Shown one piece after another: positions 1 through 10,442 of a stretch of DNA of 32,000 bases; position 1 is the first letter of the stretch, and every line of letters starts with the position of its first letter. Position numbers and translations under genes: made by a program. The notes beneath the pieces were generated by a model. That model ran no database searches. It worked only from the letters and a program-made list of their open reading frames with translations, and was not told the origin of the DNA. The stretch covers positions 4,860,001 to 4,892,000 of the forward strand of contig NZ_CP042911.1 of NCBI RefSeq assembly GCF_008065095.1, in the 5' to 3' direction. Origin of the DNA: Gemmata obscuriglobus. Lineage in GTDB: Bacteria > Planctomycetota > Planctomycetia > Gemmatales > Gemmataceae.

Positions 1-3000
1 GCTCTTCTTTTTGCCGTAGGTCTGCTCCAGTGGCACCTCTTCACTGACCGACGCGAGGTCCGCGTCCACGTAGCGCTGGTATACGGTCTCCTTGGTCGGC
101 ACCTTAACCGAAGCGAACTTGAACGTCTTCGGGAGCTGAGTCCGGTCCTCGCGTCCCTTCAGCGTGAGCGTCCACACTTGCTCTGAAACTACCGCGTTGC
201 GGTCGCTGTCCTCATCGAACTTCTTCACGCCCAACCCGTTCGTTTCCGTCTTGGCCACCTCGAACCCCTCCGGGACATAGTCGCCCGCAAGTTCCGACCA
301 TTCCGGCACGAGCCCGACCCCCACCGCTTTCACCTCAAGCAACAGCACGCCCTTATCGGCCTGACGCTCGTCGAGCGTCTGCGTGACCGACAACTTCTCC
401 ACCGGACGCGGCTCGCCCAGTACAGTGCGCGCGCTGATCGGAACCGCCGGCGTCTCCACCGGCATCACGACGTAGCCCGACGTTTCCAGGAAGTCGAGGT
501 CCAACCGCAGCGGCGGGATCTTGTCCACCTGGGGGCCACGCGGCTTGAGCATGATGTATGCGTATGGGGTGTACCGCCACCCGAACTCGCCGGCGGCCGC
601 CCGCGACGTTACCTTTTCGTCCTGGAACGTCACCGACACCACCTCGAACTGCTCCTTGAGAGCGGTTCGCGCGGCGGACTCGAACCGGTCGCGGTAGTCC
701 GCGGTGGGGCGGCCGTAGTTGTAGGAGTAGGACATACTGTTCTGGTTCTGGAGGTACCGGCCGAACCCGCCCGACTCGCGTTCGATGTCGCGCGTGTGCT
801 TGAGGTTCACGAACAGCCCGAACGGGCGCCCGTGGCCCACCTCGCTCGACCCGTCGACCACCGCCTCCAGCTTGATCTCGGTGACGAGGTCCTTGTAGTA
901 ATCGAACACCTTCTTCGCCTCGGCCGCCTGCTTGTGATCCTCGACGATCTGGAACCCGGCCTTCAGGTAGTTGAACTTCACGTGCGGCTTGGCGCCGCTC
1001 ATCTTGATGAAGAGGTTGTTCGCGAACTTACCCATGTGCTTCTCGGCGAGGTCGCCGGGCAGCGCGAGCAGGGCCGCGCGGATGAGCGGTGGCTGGGTCC
1101 AGTCCGGCTGTTTCTCCTCCGAGATCATACCCAGATCGACGGCCCCGAGCCCCGCCGCGAACCACTGCTCGTATACAGACGTAGTATGCTCGTCCTCGGG
1201 TAGAGTGCGGACCGCCTTCGCGTACTCCTCCGCGGCTTGGCGGTACGTCTTGAGTGCGGCGGTGCGTTTCGCGGAGAAATCGGACGACTTGTTCAGCTCC
1301 TGGCGGAAGTTGATCTCGTCGTGCATCAGCCCCGCCCGGGCGGTGAGCAGCACCCAGTGGCCGGGGAACTTCTTCAGCCCATCGGTCACCACCGCTTGCG
1401 CCACCTCGTACCCGCGGAGCACCTCCGCCTCAATGTCCTTCTTCTTCCGTTTGGTCTTGTTCTGCTCCTGGTTCGCTGGCGACTTCCACAAACCAGCGAG
1501 GTTGGTGCGCATCTGATCGGCCAGGCCGGCAAGCGTCTTCGGCTTCAGCCCGCCGAGCGGCCCGAACACGGCCTCGATCGCCTCGGTGCGGTACACCTCG
1601 GCGGAGCTGTGGCACGCGGTGAACGCCCGCACCACGGCCTCGTCGTCGAGGTCGCCGGCGCCCCCGGGCAGCTTCTTGATGCGGGACACCCAGTCGGCCA
1701 GTTCCTTCAGGTTCCGCTCCTGCTTCGAGCGGGTCAGCGGAATGCTCTCGGCCCGCTGCTCGAAGGCAAAAAAGAACCACGAGTACCGGTTCTCGTTACG
1801 ACTCGCGTTCGGGTCGTGGTTCCGGGTCCACACCCGCAGGAACTCTTTCACCAGCCCCTTCGCCTCGGCGGGCTGGGCGGTGGCGAGTTGCTCAATGAGT
1901 GGGAACGCCTTGTCCTCCTCGTTCACCTTCAGGTGCAACCGGGCCACCGCCTCGGCGAGCTTGGGGCGCAGCGACTCGTCGACCGCGGCGAGCCACGCGG
2001 CGTCCGGGGCGGCTTTGATGACGTCCGCCACCAGAATCGGCCGCGGCATGTTCGGCTGCTGCATCATCATCATGCGCGACATCTGGTCGTCCTCGTCGCT
2101 CGCCGAGAAGAAGATGTTGCCGTAAATGTCGCGGCGGAGCCGGGAGCCCCCGGACGAGCGGTCGAACCGCTGGGAGAACTCGGCCTCCTTTTGCCACCCG
2201 AGCGCGAGCACAGTGAGCGCCGCCCTCCACTCCTTGGCCCGCCCCGGGGCCGCCTTCATCAGCGCCGCCACGGCCGTCTGCGACAGCTTGAGCGCGTTCA
2301 GCCGCTCCTCGATCGCGTGCGGCCGGGTGGACAGCCCGCGGGACACGAGGGTGCCCACCGACGCCAGGATCTCCTGCCCCCGCTCCGGGGCCTTGGTGAA
2401 GCTCGCGCCGAGCCACTCCTGACCGAGTTCGTCCTTCAGCCGCGGGGCCAGTTCGACGGCGCGGACGAGCGCCTCCTCCTTCTCCTCGGCCAGCCCGTCT
2501 GGTACGCCGAGCACGGCCTGCACGGCCGCCCACGCCCGCTCCAGATTACCCGTCTTGGCCTCTTTGGCGTTCAGCGCCAGGAAGTGCTGCGCGAGCAGGT
2601 TCAGCGCCTCAAGATCCTTGTCCTTCTGGGCCTGCTCGGGGGCCGGCAAGAAGTCGCCCGCGAACTCCGCCAGGCCGGCACCGGTGAGCAGCCTCGCCGC
2701 CTGCCGCTTGGTGAGCACCGCCTGGCCCGCGGGCTTCGCGCACTCGGCCTTGAGCCGCGCGACGGCGACCTCGGGCAGCGTGCCGCCGTTGACCGCTTCG
2801 CGGAAGATCGCGCCCAGCGCCGCCAGCGTCTCTTTCTCCTGCTTGGGCTTGGCCGGCGCCTTGCCCACCGGGGCGGCCGCCGCCAGTCCGAGCACGTCGT
2901 CGGCGGAGAACACATTCCGCTCGGCGAACTGCTGGCCTGGCCCCTGCATCATCTGCAGTTCCATTGGGTCGATGGCGCCCCCCGGGCGCCCCATTCCGGG

Positions 3001-3462
3001 CCGCCCTTGAAGGCTCATCAGCAACTGCTTGTACCCGGCTTCGCCCTCGTCCGCGGGCAGTGACACCAAATATGCCTTCACATCCGCCCATTTTCCGAGC
3101 GTGACGTTCTTTTGGAACGCGGCGATTTCTTTGTCGAGTGCCGCGGCTTGCTCCGCAGCCTTCGGGTCCGGCTCCTTCGCCTCAGGGCTCTTGGCGGCCG
3201 GTTCCTTTGGGGTGTCGTCTTTTTTCGGTTCCGGTTGAGGCGCCCACGCCTTCAAGATGCTGGACGGGCGGCGGTCAAAGCTCAGCGACTTGAGCCGCGA
3301 CATCCGTGGCGTTTCTTTGGGCTCTTCCTTTTTGGGCGCGCCGGGCGCGGTCGGTGTGGCGCCTTTGCCCGCTTCGTGGGGCGGCGGGGCCACCGGCAAC
3401 TGGGCGTAGGCGGTCATCCCGGCTGCGAGTGCGAGCAGGGTGAATGCGAACGTCTTCTTCAC
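1..3462 (-). CDS. Large secreted protein of unknown function (at least 1154 aa in window, C-terminus beyond left edge); terminal gene of the MoxR/VWA operon
   Basis: The minus frame is open from 3462 to position 1 with no stop, which explains its absence from the ORF track. GTG at 3460-3462 is preceded by GAGG, and the next in-frame upstream stop is the TGA of the preceding gene. The N-terminus VKKTFAFTLLALAAGMTAYAQ reads as a signal peptide. Third codon positions are strongly G/C and the composition is protein-like throughout. Listed + ORFs 796-1203, 971-1516 and 1237-3063 are antisense shadows. Confidence 0.8.
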   Translation of the reverse strand, partial: MKKTFAFTLLALAAGMTAYAQLPVAPPPHEAGKGATPTAPGAPKKEEPKETPRMSRLKSLSFDRRPSSILKAWAPQPEPKKDDTPKEPAAKSPEAKEPDPKAAEQAAALDKEIAAFQKNVTLGKWADVKAYLVSLPADEGEAGYKQLLMSLQGRPGMGRPGGAIDPMELQMMQGPGQQFAERNVFSADDVLGLAAAAPVGKAPAKPKQEKETLAALGAIFREAVNGGTLPEVAVARLKAECAKPAGQAVLTKRQAARLLTGAGLAEFAGDFLPAPEQAQKDKDLEALNLLAQHFLALNAKEAKTGNLERAWAAVQAVLGVPDGLAEEKEEALVRAVELAPRLKDELGQEWLGASFTKAPERGQEILASVGTLVSRGLSTRPHAIEERLNALKLSQTAVAALMKAAPGRAKEWRAALTVLALGWQKEAEFSQRFDRSSGGSRLRRDIYGNIFFSASDEDDQMSRMMMMQQPNMPRPILVADVIKAAPDAAWLAAVDESLRPKLAEAVARLHLKVNEEDKAFPLIEQLATAQPAEAKGLVKEFLRVWTRNHDPNASRNENRYSWFFFAFEQRAESIPLTRSKQERNLKELADWVSRIKKLPGGAGDLDDEAVVRAFTACHSSAEVYRTEAIEAVFGPLGGLKPKTLAGLADQMRTNLAGLWKSPANQEQNKTKRKKKDIEAEVLRGYEVAQAVVTDGLKKFPGHWVLLTARAGLMHDEINFRQELNKSSDFSAKRTAALKTYRQAAEEYAKAVRTLPEDEHTTSVYEQWFAAGLGAVDLGMISEEKQPDWTQPPLIRAALLALPGDLAEKHMGKFANNLFIKMSGAKPHVKFNYLKAGFQIVEDHKQAAEAKKVFDYYKDLVTEIKLEAVVDGSSEVGHGRPFGLFVNLKHTRDIERESGGFGRYLQNQNSMSYSYNYGRPTADYRDRFESAARTALKEQFEVVSVTFQDEKVTSRAAAGEFGWRYTPYAYIMLKPRGPQVDKIPPLRLDLDFLETSGYVVMPVETPAVPISARTVLGEPRPVEKLSVTQTLDERQADKGVLLLEVKAVGVGLVPEWSELAGDYVPEGFEVAKTETNGLGVKKFDEDSDRNAVVSEQVWTLTLKGREDRTQLPKTFKFASVKVPTKETVYQRYVDADLASVSEEVPLEQTYGKKKS

Positions 3463-3579
3463 AGGTGTGGCCTCGGCGCGAGGGACCGAATGTTGAGTCG
3501 ATCCGCCGGATGGGCGGACACAAAAGAGGTTCCGAAGATGAGAAGCGCGGGGCGGGCTCGGCCCACACCCCGCAGCAGA

Positions 3580-4296
3580 TCAGTGCCCGCTGTCGTCGAG
3601 GGGCGGCGCGCCGCCGGCGCTGCGGACGTCGTTCTTCTTGGGCGGCCCCTTGGCGACGCTGGGCTTGCGCCCCTTGCAGCTACAGCACCCCTTGCACTGC
3701 TTCGGCAGGTTCAGCCCCTGCAGCTCGGACAGCTCCATCCGGGCCAGCCGCACGGCCGACTCCAGGTCCTCGCGGTGCTTCGCCGCCGCGGCCCCGTCGC
3801 CCCGCTTGTCGGCCTGCTCGGCCAGCAGCCGGTAGCTCTGCCGCGCGGCCTCGATCTCCGGCTCCCACTCGTCCCGGGACAGCCCCTCGAGCCGCATCAG
3901 CCAGGTGGTGTAGTACTGGCTGTTGGCCTGCGCGGACCGGGCCTCGGCCAGCACCTTCGGGTCCGCCGCCGGGTCCGCCGCCATCTCGTCCACCAGCGTG
4001 CGGAGGTCACCGTGCGCCTCGGTCAGCTGCTGCGCGAGCATCTGTGCCTTGGCCTTCTCCAGCCGCAGCTTGCGGGCCTCGGCGGCGCGCCCGTCCGGCA
4101 GCGCCTTGAGCGCCTGGTCGAACGCCTCGACCGCCGTGGCATAGTCCTCGGCCGCCAACGCCTGTTCGGCGGACGCCACGTGCAGCGCCACCCGGTCGAG
4201 CTTGCGCCCGTCCACCCCCGGCCCGAACCAGTGCGCCACCGCGGCGCCCACGCCGAGCAGCAGCCACCCGGTCAACAGCAGAACGCGAAGCGCCAT
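3580..4296 (-). CDS. Membrane-anchored helical/TPR-like protein (BatC-like by position) with a Cys-cluster tail
   Basis: ATG at 4294-4296. N-terminal hydrophobic span LRVLLLTGWLLLGVGAAVA, then an Ala/Glu/Leu-rich helical repeat region. C-terminus contains CKGCCSCKG. Same strand as the VWA genes and directly downstream of them. Confidence 0.75.
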   Translation of the reverse strand: MALRVLLLTGWLLLGVGAAVAHWFGPGVDGRKLDRVALHVASAEQALAAEDYATAVEAFDQALKALPDGRAAEARKLRLEKAKAQMLAQQLTEAHGDLRTLVDEMAADPAADPKVLAEARSAQANSQYYTTWLMRLEGLSRDEWEPEIEAARQSYRLLAEQADKRGDGAAAAKHREDLESAVRLARMELSELQGLNLPKQCKGCCSCKGRKPSVAKGPPKKNDVRSAGGAPPLDDSGH

Positions 4297-4385
4297 CGAA
4301 CCGTCCTCCGCGAAGGGAACAGGAACCGAGCCTGCAAGCCAACCGTGCTCTGTGCGTCAACCCACACGAACCTGTCACTACAGGT

Positions 4386-5432
4386 TCACCGCCGCGGTCC
4401 GGAACCGCCCTCTGGCGTCGGGCGGCGACCGGGCTCCCAGCCGGTCCCAAACAGCATCAAAATCGCCGGAATGAGTGCCAGCGCCCCGGCCCCGGTCCCG
4501 ACGCACAACAGCGCGTACTCGCGGGCGGTCCACCGGTCCCCGGTTTTCGGCTTCGCGCGCTCGTCGATGCTCGACACGAGCGCCGTCGTCAGTTGCTTCT
4601 CGTTGCCGTCGTGGTACGTACCGTTCAGCCGTGTCGCCACCTGCCGAAGAGTGGAGGCGTCCTGGCGCGTGGTGTGCCCGCCGAGTGATTTCCCGACGGT
4701 CGGGTTGCCGACGCCCACCATCACCACGTTGCCCCCGATCGACGCCGGCATCTTCGGCATGCCGGTCGTCGGAACCGTGTCACCGTCCGTAACCACCATC
4801 AGCACCGCGCTCCCCGGGGGCCACGGCTTCGCCACCCTGGCGGCCTCCTCGAGCCCGGCGAACATGTTGGTCTCGCCCGGCTTGAACGCGTGTCGCATCG
4901 GCAGTTCGGTGAGGATGTTGCGGATCACCTCACGGTCGGTGGTATCGAGCACCACGGGTTTGGCCTCGGACGCCACCGCGATCACCGTCGTTTTGTACCG
5001 CTCGGCCTGCACGCGTTCGAAAAACGACTGGATCAGGTCGGCGGCACGCTCAGACCTCTTCTGCTTCCCGCCCCCACCGGCGTCCTCCACTTCCATGCTG
5101 CGCGAAACGTCCAGCACGAGCACGAGGTGCCGGTATTCGGACTCCTTGATCTCCCCCGGCTTGTGCGACTTCGGTTCGACCGTCAGCAGTACCGTGAGCC
5201 CCCACGCGACCGTAGCCAGCGCGAGCACCCGGAGCACCGGCGCGACGGCTGACAGAAACAGCCGGTCCCGGCGCGGACCGAACGCCAGCGCCGCGACCCG
5301 CCGCACCCGCAGGTAATGCAGCAGCTCCGCCGCGACCGCCACCACCACGACGATCGCAGCGATGACGAACCCCGCTGTGACGGCCGCGTTCAGCCCGGTC
5401 GCGGAAGTGGGGTCCAGTTTGGGAATTGGCAT
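4386..5432 (-). CDS. VWA-domain membrane protein (BatB-like)
   Basis: ATG at 5430-5432 shares one nucleotide with the upstream TGA (TGATG). Two N-terminal hydrophobic spans, the MIDAS-type motif VLVLDVSRSM, and a C-terminal hydrophobic span YALLCVGTGAGALALIPAILMLF. The part of the track ORF upstream of 5432 is Arg-rich junk. Confidence 0.85.
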   Translation of the reverse strand: MPIPKLDPTSATGLNAAVTAGFVIAAIVVVVAVAAELLHYLRVRRVAALAFGPRRDRLFLSAVAPVLRVLALATVAWGLTVLLTVEPKSHKPGEIKESEYRHLVLVLDVSRSMEVEDAGGGGKQKRSERAADLIQSFFERVQAERYKTTVIAVASEAKPVVLDTTDREVIRNILTELPMRHAFKPGETNMFAGLEEAARVAKPWPPGSAVLMVVTDGDTVPTTGMPKMPASIGGNVVMVGVGNPTVGKSLGGHTTRQDASTLRQVATRLNGTYHDGNEKQLTTALVSSIDERAKPKTGDRWTAREYALLCVGTGAGALALIPAILMLFGTGWEPGRRPTPEGGSGPRR

Positions 5433-6385
5433 CACCACGGCGTGTACCTCAGTCCGAACAGGCACAGTACGCCCAGCAGCAGCAGAGCCATCGCCACAAT
5501 CACGAACGGTTCGTAATAGTCGACCGTGTCCGCAATCGTCGGCTTGAGTTGGGCCTGCTTCATGGTGTCGATCTTCTTGAACACGGCGGGCAGCGCGTCC
5601 GGGTCGTCGGCACGGAACGCTTCGCCGCCGGTGAGCCGACAAATGTTGACGATCTCCGCTTGCGGCTCAAACCCACCTACGATGATACAAAACACCGCCA
5701 CCCCTTCGGCACTCAGGGTGCGAGCGATCTCTTCGTCGTTACCCGTGAGATCGTAACTGAACCCGTCGGTGATGAGGACGATCATTTTGTCGCCCTCGTC
5801 GCGGCGGCGCAGTTCCGTTTTGCACCCGTTCAGCGCCTTGGCGATCGCCGTACCGCCGAACGGCGGCGGCACCGTCTCCGGCCGCATGAACGGCGGCGAG
5901 CACCGGATCGCGGTCACGTCGGTGGTGAGCGGCACCCAGTGGACGAACGCGTCCCCGAAGAAGGTGAGCCCGAACGCGTCCCCCTTGCGGAAGTCCAGGA
6001 ACGTGTCGATCGCCTTCATGGAGGCGTCGTACCGGTTCCCGTCGCCGAACGGCGCCAGCATGCTGCCGGACACGTCCACGGCGAACTGGATGTTGGTGAG
6101 TGATCGCTTTTGCTGCGGCGGGCCGTTCCGCTGCGGGTTCGCGAGGATCAGCACCGCGACCGCCAGTAGCAGCGGCGGCACCGATTCCGCCAGCGTGATG
6201 AGCGTCCACACGAACCACCCACCGCGAGCGCGGGCACCGTCGAGCGGTAGCACGACCCGGCGGGTCGGGAGCAACCAACGGCCGGCCCACACCCACCCGA
6301 GCATGAGCGCAGGAACGACCAGCGCGACCAGCACCGGGACGTGCGCGAACTGCGGCCAGACGAGAGGAATTTCTTTGTAGTTCAC
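5432..6385 (-). CDS. VWA-domain membrane protein (BatA-like)
   Basis: GTG at 6383-6385 overlaps the upstream stop (GTGA, 4-nt overlap). N-terminus VNYKEIPLVWPQFAHVPVLVALVVPALML, a second TM span, MIDAS-type QFAVDVSGSM and a C-terminal TM span FVIVAMALLLLGVLCLF. Confidence 0.85.
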   Translation of the reverse strand: MNYKEIPLVWPQFAHVPVLVALVVPALMLGWVWAGRWLLPTRRVVLPLDGARARGGWFVWTLITLAESVPPLLLAVAVLILANPQRNGPPQQKRSLTNIQFAVDVSGSMLAPFGDGNRYDASMKAIDTFLDFRKGDAFGLTFFGDAFVHWVPLTTDVTAIRCSPPFMRPETVPPPFGGTAIAKALNGCKTELRRRDEGDKMIVLITDGFSYDLTGNDEEIARTLSAEGVAVFCIIVGGFEPQAEIVNICRLTGGEAFRADDPDALPAVFKKIDTMKQAQLKPTIADTVDYYEPFVIVAMALLLLGVLCLFGLRYTPW

Positions 6386-7233
6386 GCCGCGCCCCTCACT
6401 TCGAGATCGAGCGCTTCGGGGGGCAGATCGCGGTACGGGGCCAGCAACGCGGCCACATCGACCGGTTGCACCGGCCCGGGCCGGTGCAGCCACACCTCCA
6501 GTTGAGCGAGGAGCGGTGCGGCGTCGGGCTGTTTGCGCATCGCCTCGATCGCCTCACCCGGCTCCGCGCCTTCGAGTTTGAGCCGCTTCCGCCAGTACGC
6601 GAGCAGGGCCCGCTCCAAATCCGCCAGTTGCGCCCGCGAGAGAGTCCCCGCGGTCGCGCCCTCAACCAACGGCCGCAACCGCTCTGCGAGCGACACCGGA
6701 CGGCGGTCGGCGTCGGCGACCGCCCTCTTCCGTCGTGGGAAGAAGAACGATGCCACGACCGCGATCAGCCCCAGAGCCCACACCACGACAGCACCGATTG
6801 CGAGGAACCGGTAGCCGCCGAGACGCGAACCGGTGTCGATTTCGAGCTTGTTCGGCTGCACCTGTCCGGGCGGCAGCACCGGCTTCACCTGCACCGCGAT
6901 CGGCGGCAACTCGCCCAACGGCGATCCGTCCTTGCGCTTGAGGTACTGGCGCAGGTCGTGCGTGCCGGGCTCGAGGCCGAAGTACTCGATGTCGTAGCGG
7001 AACGCGGTGCCGTGAGGAAAAACGCGGACCACACGGACCACGGCCTTGGCCGTTCGGTCGGTGAGCGGCGCAGCCTCCAGTTCGGAACCGGGCAACACGA
7101 GGCCCTCGAGCGTTCCCGTCATGCCGACGGTGGTCTCGGTCTGTGCCCTGGCGCGATCGGCGGGCGCGAGCAGCGCAAGAACGCACGCGAGCGCCGCGGT
7201 ACGGAAGAGTTCGGCCGGACGGCGGTGTGTCAT
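6382..7233 (-). CDS. Single-pass membrane protein occupying the slot held by DUF4381 in Bat operons
   Basis: ATG at 7231-7233. Signal-like N-terminus AALACVLALLAPADRARAQ, an extracytoplasmic segment of about 110 aa, the TM span FLAIGAVVVWALGLIAVVASFFF, and a helical C-terminal tail. The DUF4381 relationship is inferred from position and topology only. Confidence 0.7.
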   Translation of the reverse strand: MTHRRPAELFRTAALACVLALLAPADRARAQTETTVGMTGTLEGLVLPGSELEAAPLTDRTAKAVVRVVRVFPHGTAFRYDIEYFGLEPGTHDLRQYLKRKDGSPLGELPPIAVQVKPVLPPGQVQPNKLEIDTGSRLGGYRFLAIGAVVVWALGLIAVVASFFFPRRKRAVADADRRPVSLAERLRPLVEGATAGTLSRAQLADLERALLAYWRKRLKLEGAEPGEAIEAMRKQPDAAPLLAQLEVWLHRPGPVQPVDVAALLAPYRDLPPEALDLEVRGAA

Positions 7234-7269
7234 TGCCCGTTTGCCTCACGCCTTCTGCTTGTGGTTCGC

Positions 7270-8130
7270 TCACCGCCGCCCGCGCCCGAGCACGTTGCGG
7301 CCGATCAAAAAGTTGCGCAGGTCCGCGACGAACGGTTGGTCCGTGCGCACCAACAAGTGGTCGACCCCGGCGCGTTTGAGTTGCCGGGCGGTGCGCTCGG
7401 CATCCACCCACCGGCGCGAGCCGCGGGTGACGAACACGCGCCCGGTCTCGGCCTCACCAGCCCGCAAAAATCCTGTACCCGGGACGCCCTCTTCGGCGGG
7501 GTCCTGGAGCTGAATCACGATCACGTCGTGCCGCTGCGCCATGAGCTTCAGCGCGGGCACCGCCGTCGGGTCGTGCAGGTCGCTGAGCGCGACCACCAGG
7601 CACCGGTTCGGCAGGGTCGGCGCCAACTCGGCGACCCGCCGGCCCAGCGTCGTGTGCTCGTCGTACCGGTACCGCCGGAACTCGTGCAGCCACCGCAGCA
7701 CAGCGGCCCGCGACAGGCTCGGCTCGAGCCGCACGTCCCGCCCGCCGACGCCGAGCACCCCGACCGGGCTGACCCGGTCCAGACACGCGAACGCCAGCGC
7801 GCCGGCGATGTGGACCGCGACCGCGTACTTGCTCCGCTTCACCGAACTCACGGTCATGGACGCCGAGGTGTCGAGCAGCAGGTAGCACGGAAGCTGCTTG
7901 GGCGCCTCGTACTCCTTGACGAACACCTTCCCCATGCGGGCCGTGATGCGCCAGTCGATGGACCGCACCGGGTCGCCCGGCTGGTACTGGCGCGACTGCG
8001 CGTACTCGATCCCGGAGCCCAGGAAGGGCGACCGGTCGGTGCCGTAGTTGAGCGCGTCGGCCAGCTTCTTGACCGCGATCACGAACTGGCGCGCGGTCAG
8101 GTGGTCGGCGGTGTCGAGCTGCCCGTCCAT
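7270..8130 (-). CDS. DUF58-family protein (VWA-like MoxR partner)
   Basis: ATG at 8128-8130, 3 nt after the MoxR stop. Contains the characteristic QYQPGDPVRSIDWRITARMGKVFVKEYE block and LLLDTSASM. Confidence 0.9.
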   Translation of the reverse strand: MDGQLDTADHLTARQFVIAVKKLADALNYGTDRSPFLGSGIEYAQSRQYQPGDPVRSIDWRITARMGKVFVKEYEAPKQLPCYLLLDTSASMTVSSVKRSKYAVAVHIAGALAFACLDRVSPVGVLGVGGRDVRLEPSLSRAAVLRWLHEFRRYRYDEHTTLGRRVAELAPTLPNRCLVVALSDLHDPTAVPALKLMAQRHDVIVIQLQDPAEEGVPGTGFLRAGEAETGRVFVTRGSRRWVDAERTARQLKRAGVDHLLVRTDQPFVADLRNFLIGRNVLGRGRR

Positions 8131-8133
8131 GTG

Positions 8134-9180
<1,047 letters not shown>

Positions 9181-9398
9181 CCGCAGCTCCCGTGGGTTCT
9201 TGGATCCAGACAGACGTCGCTGCCCCGCGACGGTTTCAGACAAAAGCGATACGCGGCCCGCAATCACGGAGCGGCCGGTCGGTTCGGTTGCAAAAAACGC
9301 AAGAGAGAATAACTGTATACACGAAGATAAACGCGACGCCAAGAGCGAACTGGATTTCGTCCGCTTTACCTCCAAGTGATCTCAACCTGCTAATACTT

Positions 9399-9439
9399 GG
9401 CGCCGTCGGTCGCTCGGCTTGGCGAATCGCGACGGCGCC
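9399..9439. other. Perfect 10-bp stem (ggcgccgtcg / cgacggcgcc) with a 21-nt loop in the non-coding island
   Basis: Direct reading: 9399-9408 is the exact reverse complement of 9430-9439. Function unknown. It lies about 220 nt upstream of the moxR start. Confidence 0.3.
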
Positions 9440-10442
9440 ACGGGGGGATCGCAGGACAACCGGCTCGCGCCGACACAGTAGACATCAAAATCAACTCCGA
9501 CACAACACCCCGAATGACCTTTGCGTGATCTCGCCGTTGTCACTCGCAAAAACGGCACACGCGGAATCGTGTTGCCAGACGAGCGCGAGCGCATTTCTTG
9601 CCCATACTCGGAGCGGTCAAAGCCCGTACACCGGGTACTTTTCCGCCTGAACGTTCCTGAGGTGAACCTTCACGGAGCCGCGACAAGCAGAATCCGCACC
9701 ACACGACTGACCAGACATTGACTTCCACTCCCAGGAACATAGCCACATTCTTGAATCAAAATGCCGCAACCTCCATCCCGACAGCAATTTGCAGCATCCG
9801 AGGCGAACACATTGAGCTGAATCCGAGTTGTCCTGGCAACCGCAACCGGGCACTCGTCTGGCCGTTTTTCGGGGTAGCAAACAACTAGCGAACTGGTAGC
9901 GGTTTGCCATCGGACTGGCAGCGAATGTCCAGTTGGCACCCCATCGGGTTCCTCCGTACTCCCGAGTTCTGCCGAGACAGCCCAAATTCCGGAGTCTAAA
10001 ACGATATCCTCACTGTAAGATTTATACACTACGTCATCGCGACCCACACTGGCTCGGTGCATTTGGAACTACCACCGCCCCCACACTGAACAGATGGCAA
10101 GAGCGTGTTCGGCCGCGCCATCAAACAACCGCCTGCACATTCGCAATGTGATTTTGTTGACCGGAGGGACTCTTCCACACCTTGGCCGAGCACAAACTTC
10201 TTTGATGAATGGCCGCGACTCACGTTCACAAAGCAAGTCGCGCCATTATTGCACACCAAAGCTAATCAATTAAATTTACATTATTTACGGCATTTTGGAG
10301 AGGTGATACACCAGTCGTTCACGAAAAACGTGACCTTTCTTTTTCACCGACCATTCATGATGTGGCTTTGCATCGTCTCGCGGGCGCGGCCATTGCTCCA
10401 TATCGCTTGTTTCGCTCGTGTTTCTTATCCGTGAGGGCATGT

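Noticed and set aside
1237-3063. 608-aa + strand ORF, and similar long ORFs at 3112-5316 (+), 6466-8778 (+), 10510-12060 (-) and 23570-24631 (+)
   Set aside because: Their composition is dominated by Arg, Gly, Pro, His and Leu with no recognisable motifs. Each lies antisense or out of frame to a gene with clear family motifs and proper GC3 bias. They are typical shadow ORFs of high-GC DNA.
1-3462. Naming the large terminal operon protein BatD
   Set aside because: Only the operon position and the signal peptide support that name. The protein is far longer than the BatD proteins I recall, and I cannot verify homology by eye.
9181-9375. N-terminal extension of the MoxR ORF to 9375 (413-aa version in the track)
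   Set aside because: The extension runs into AT-richer DNA and has non-protein-like composition (MEVKRTKSSSLLASRLSSCIQLF...). The internal ATG at 9180 yields a normal-length MoxR protein.
9670-10062. 130-aa Cys-containing ORF as a firm CDS call
   Set aside because: It has no recognisable family, only a weak ribosome-binding context, and codon usage unlike the host. It is kept as a hypothesis inside the island finding and is not listed as a feature.
9376-10442. A tRNA, tmRNA, RNase P RNA or other known structured RNA in the AT-richer island
   Set aside because: I found no T-loop-like GGTTCGAAT/GTTCRANYC box and no cloverleaf-compatible arms. I also found no RNase P P4-type GAGGAAAGTCC motif on either strand. 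This cannot be excluded without a covariance-model scan.
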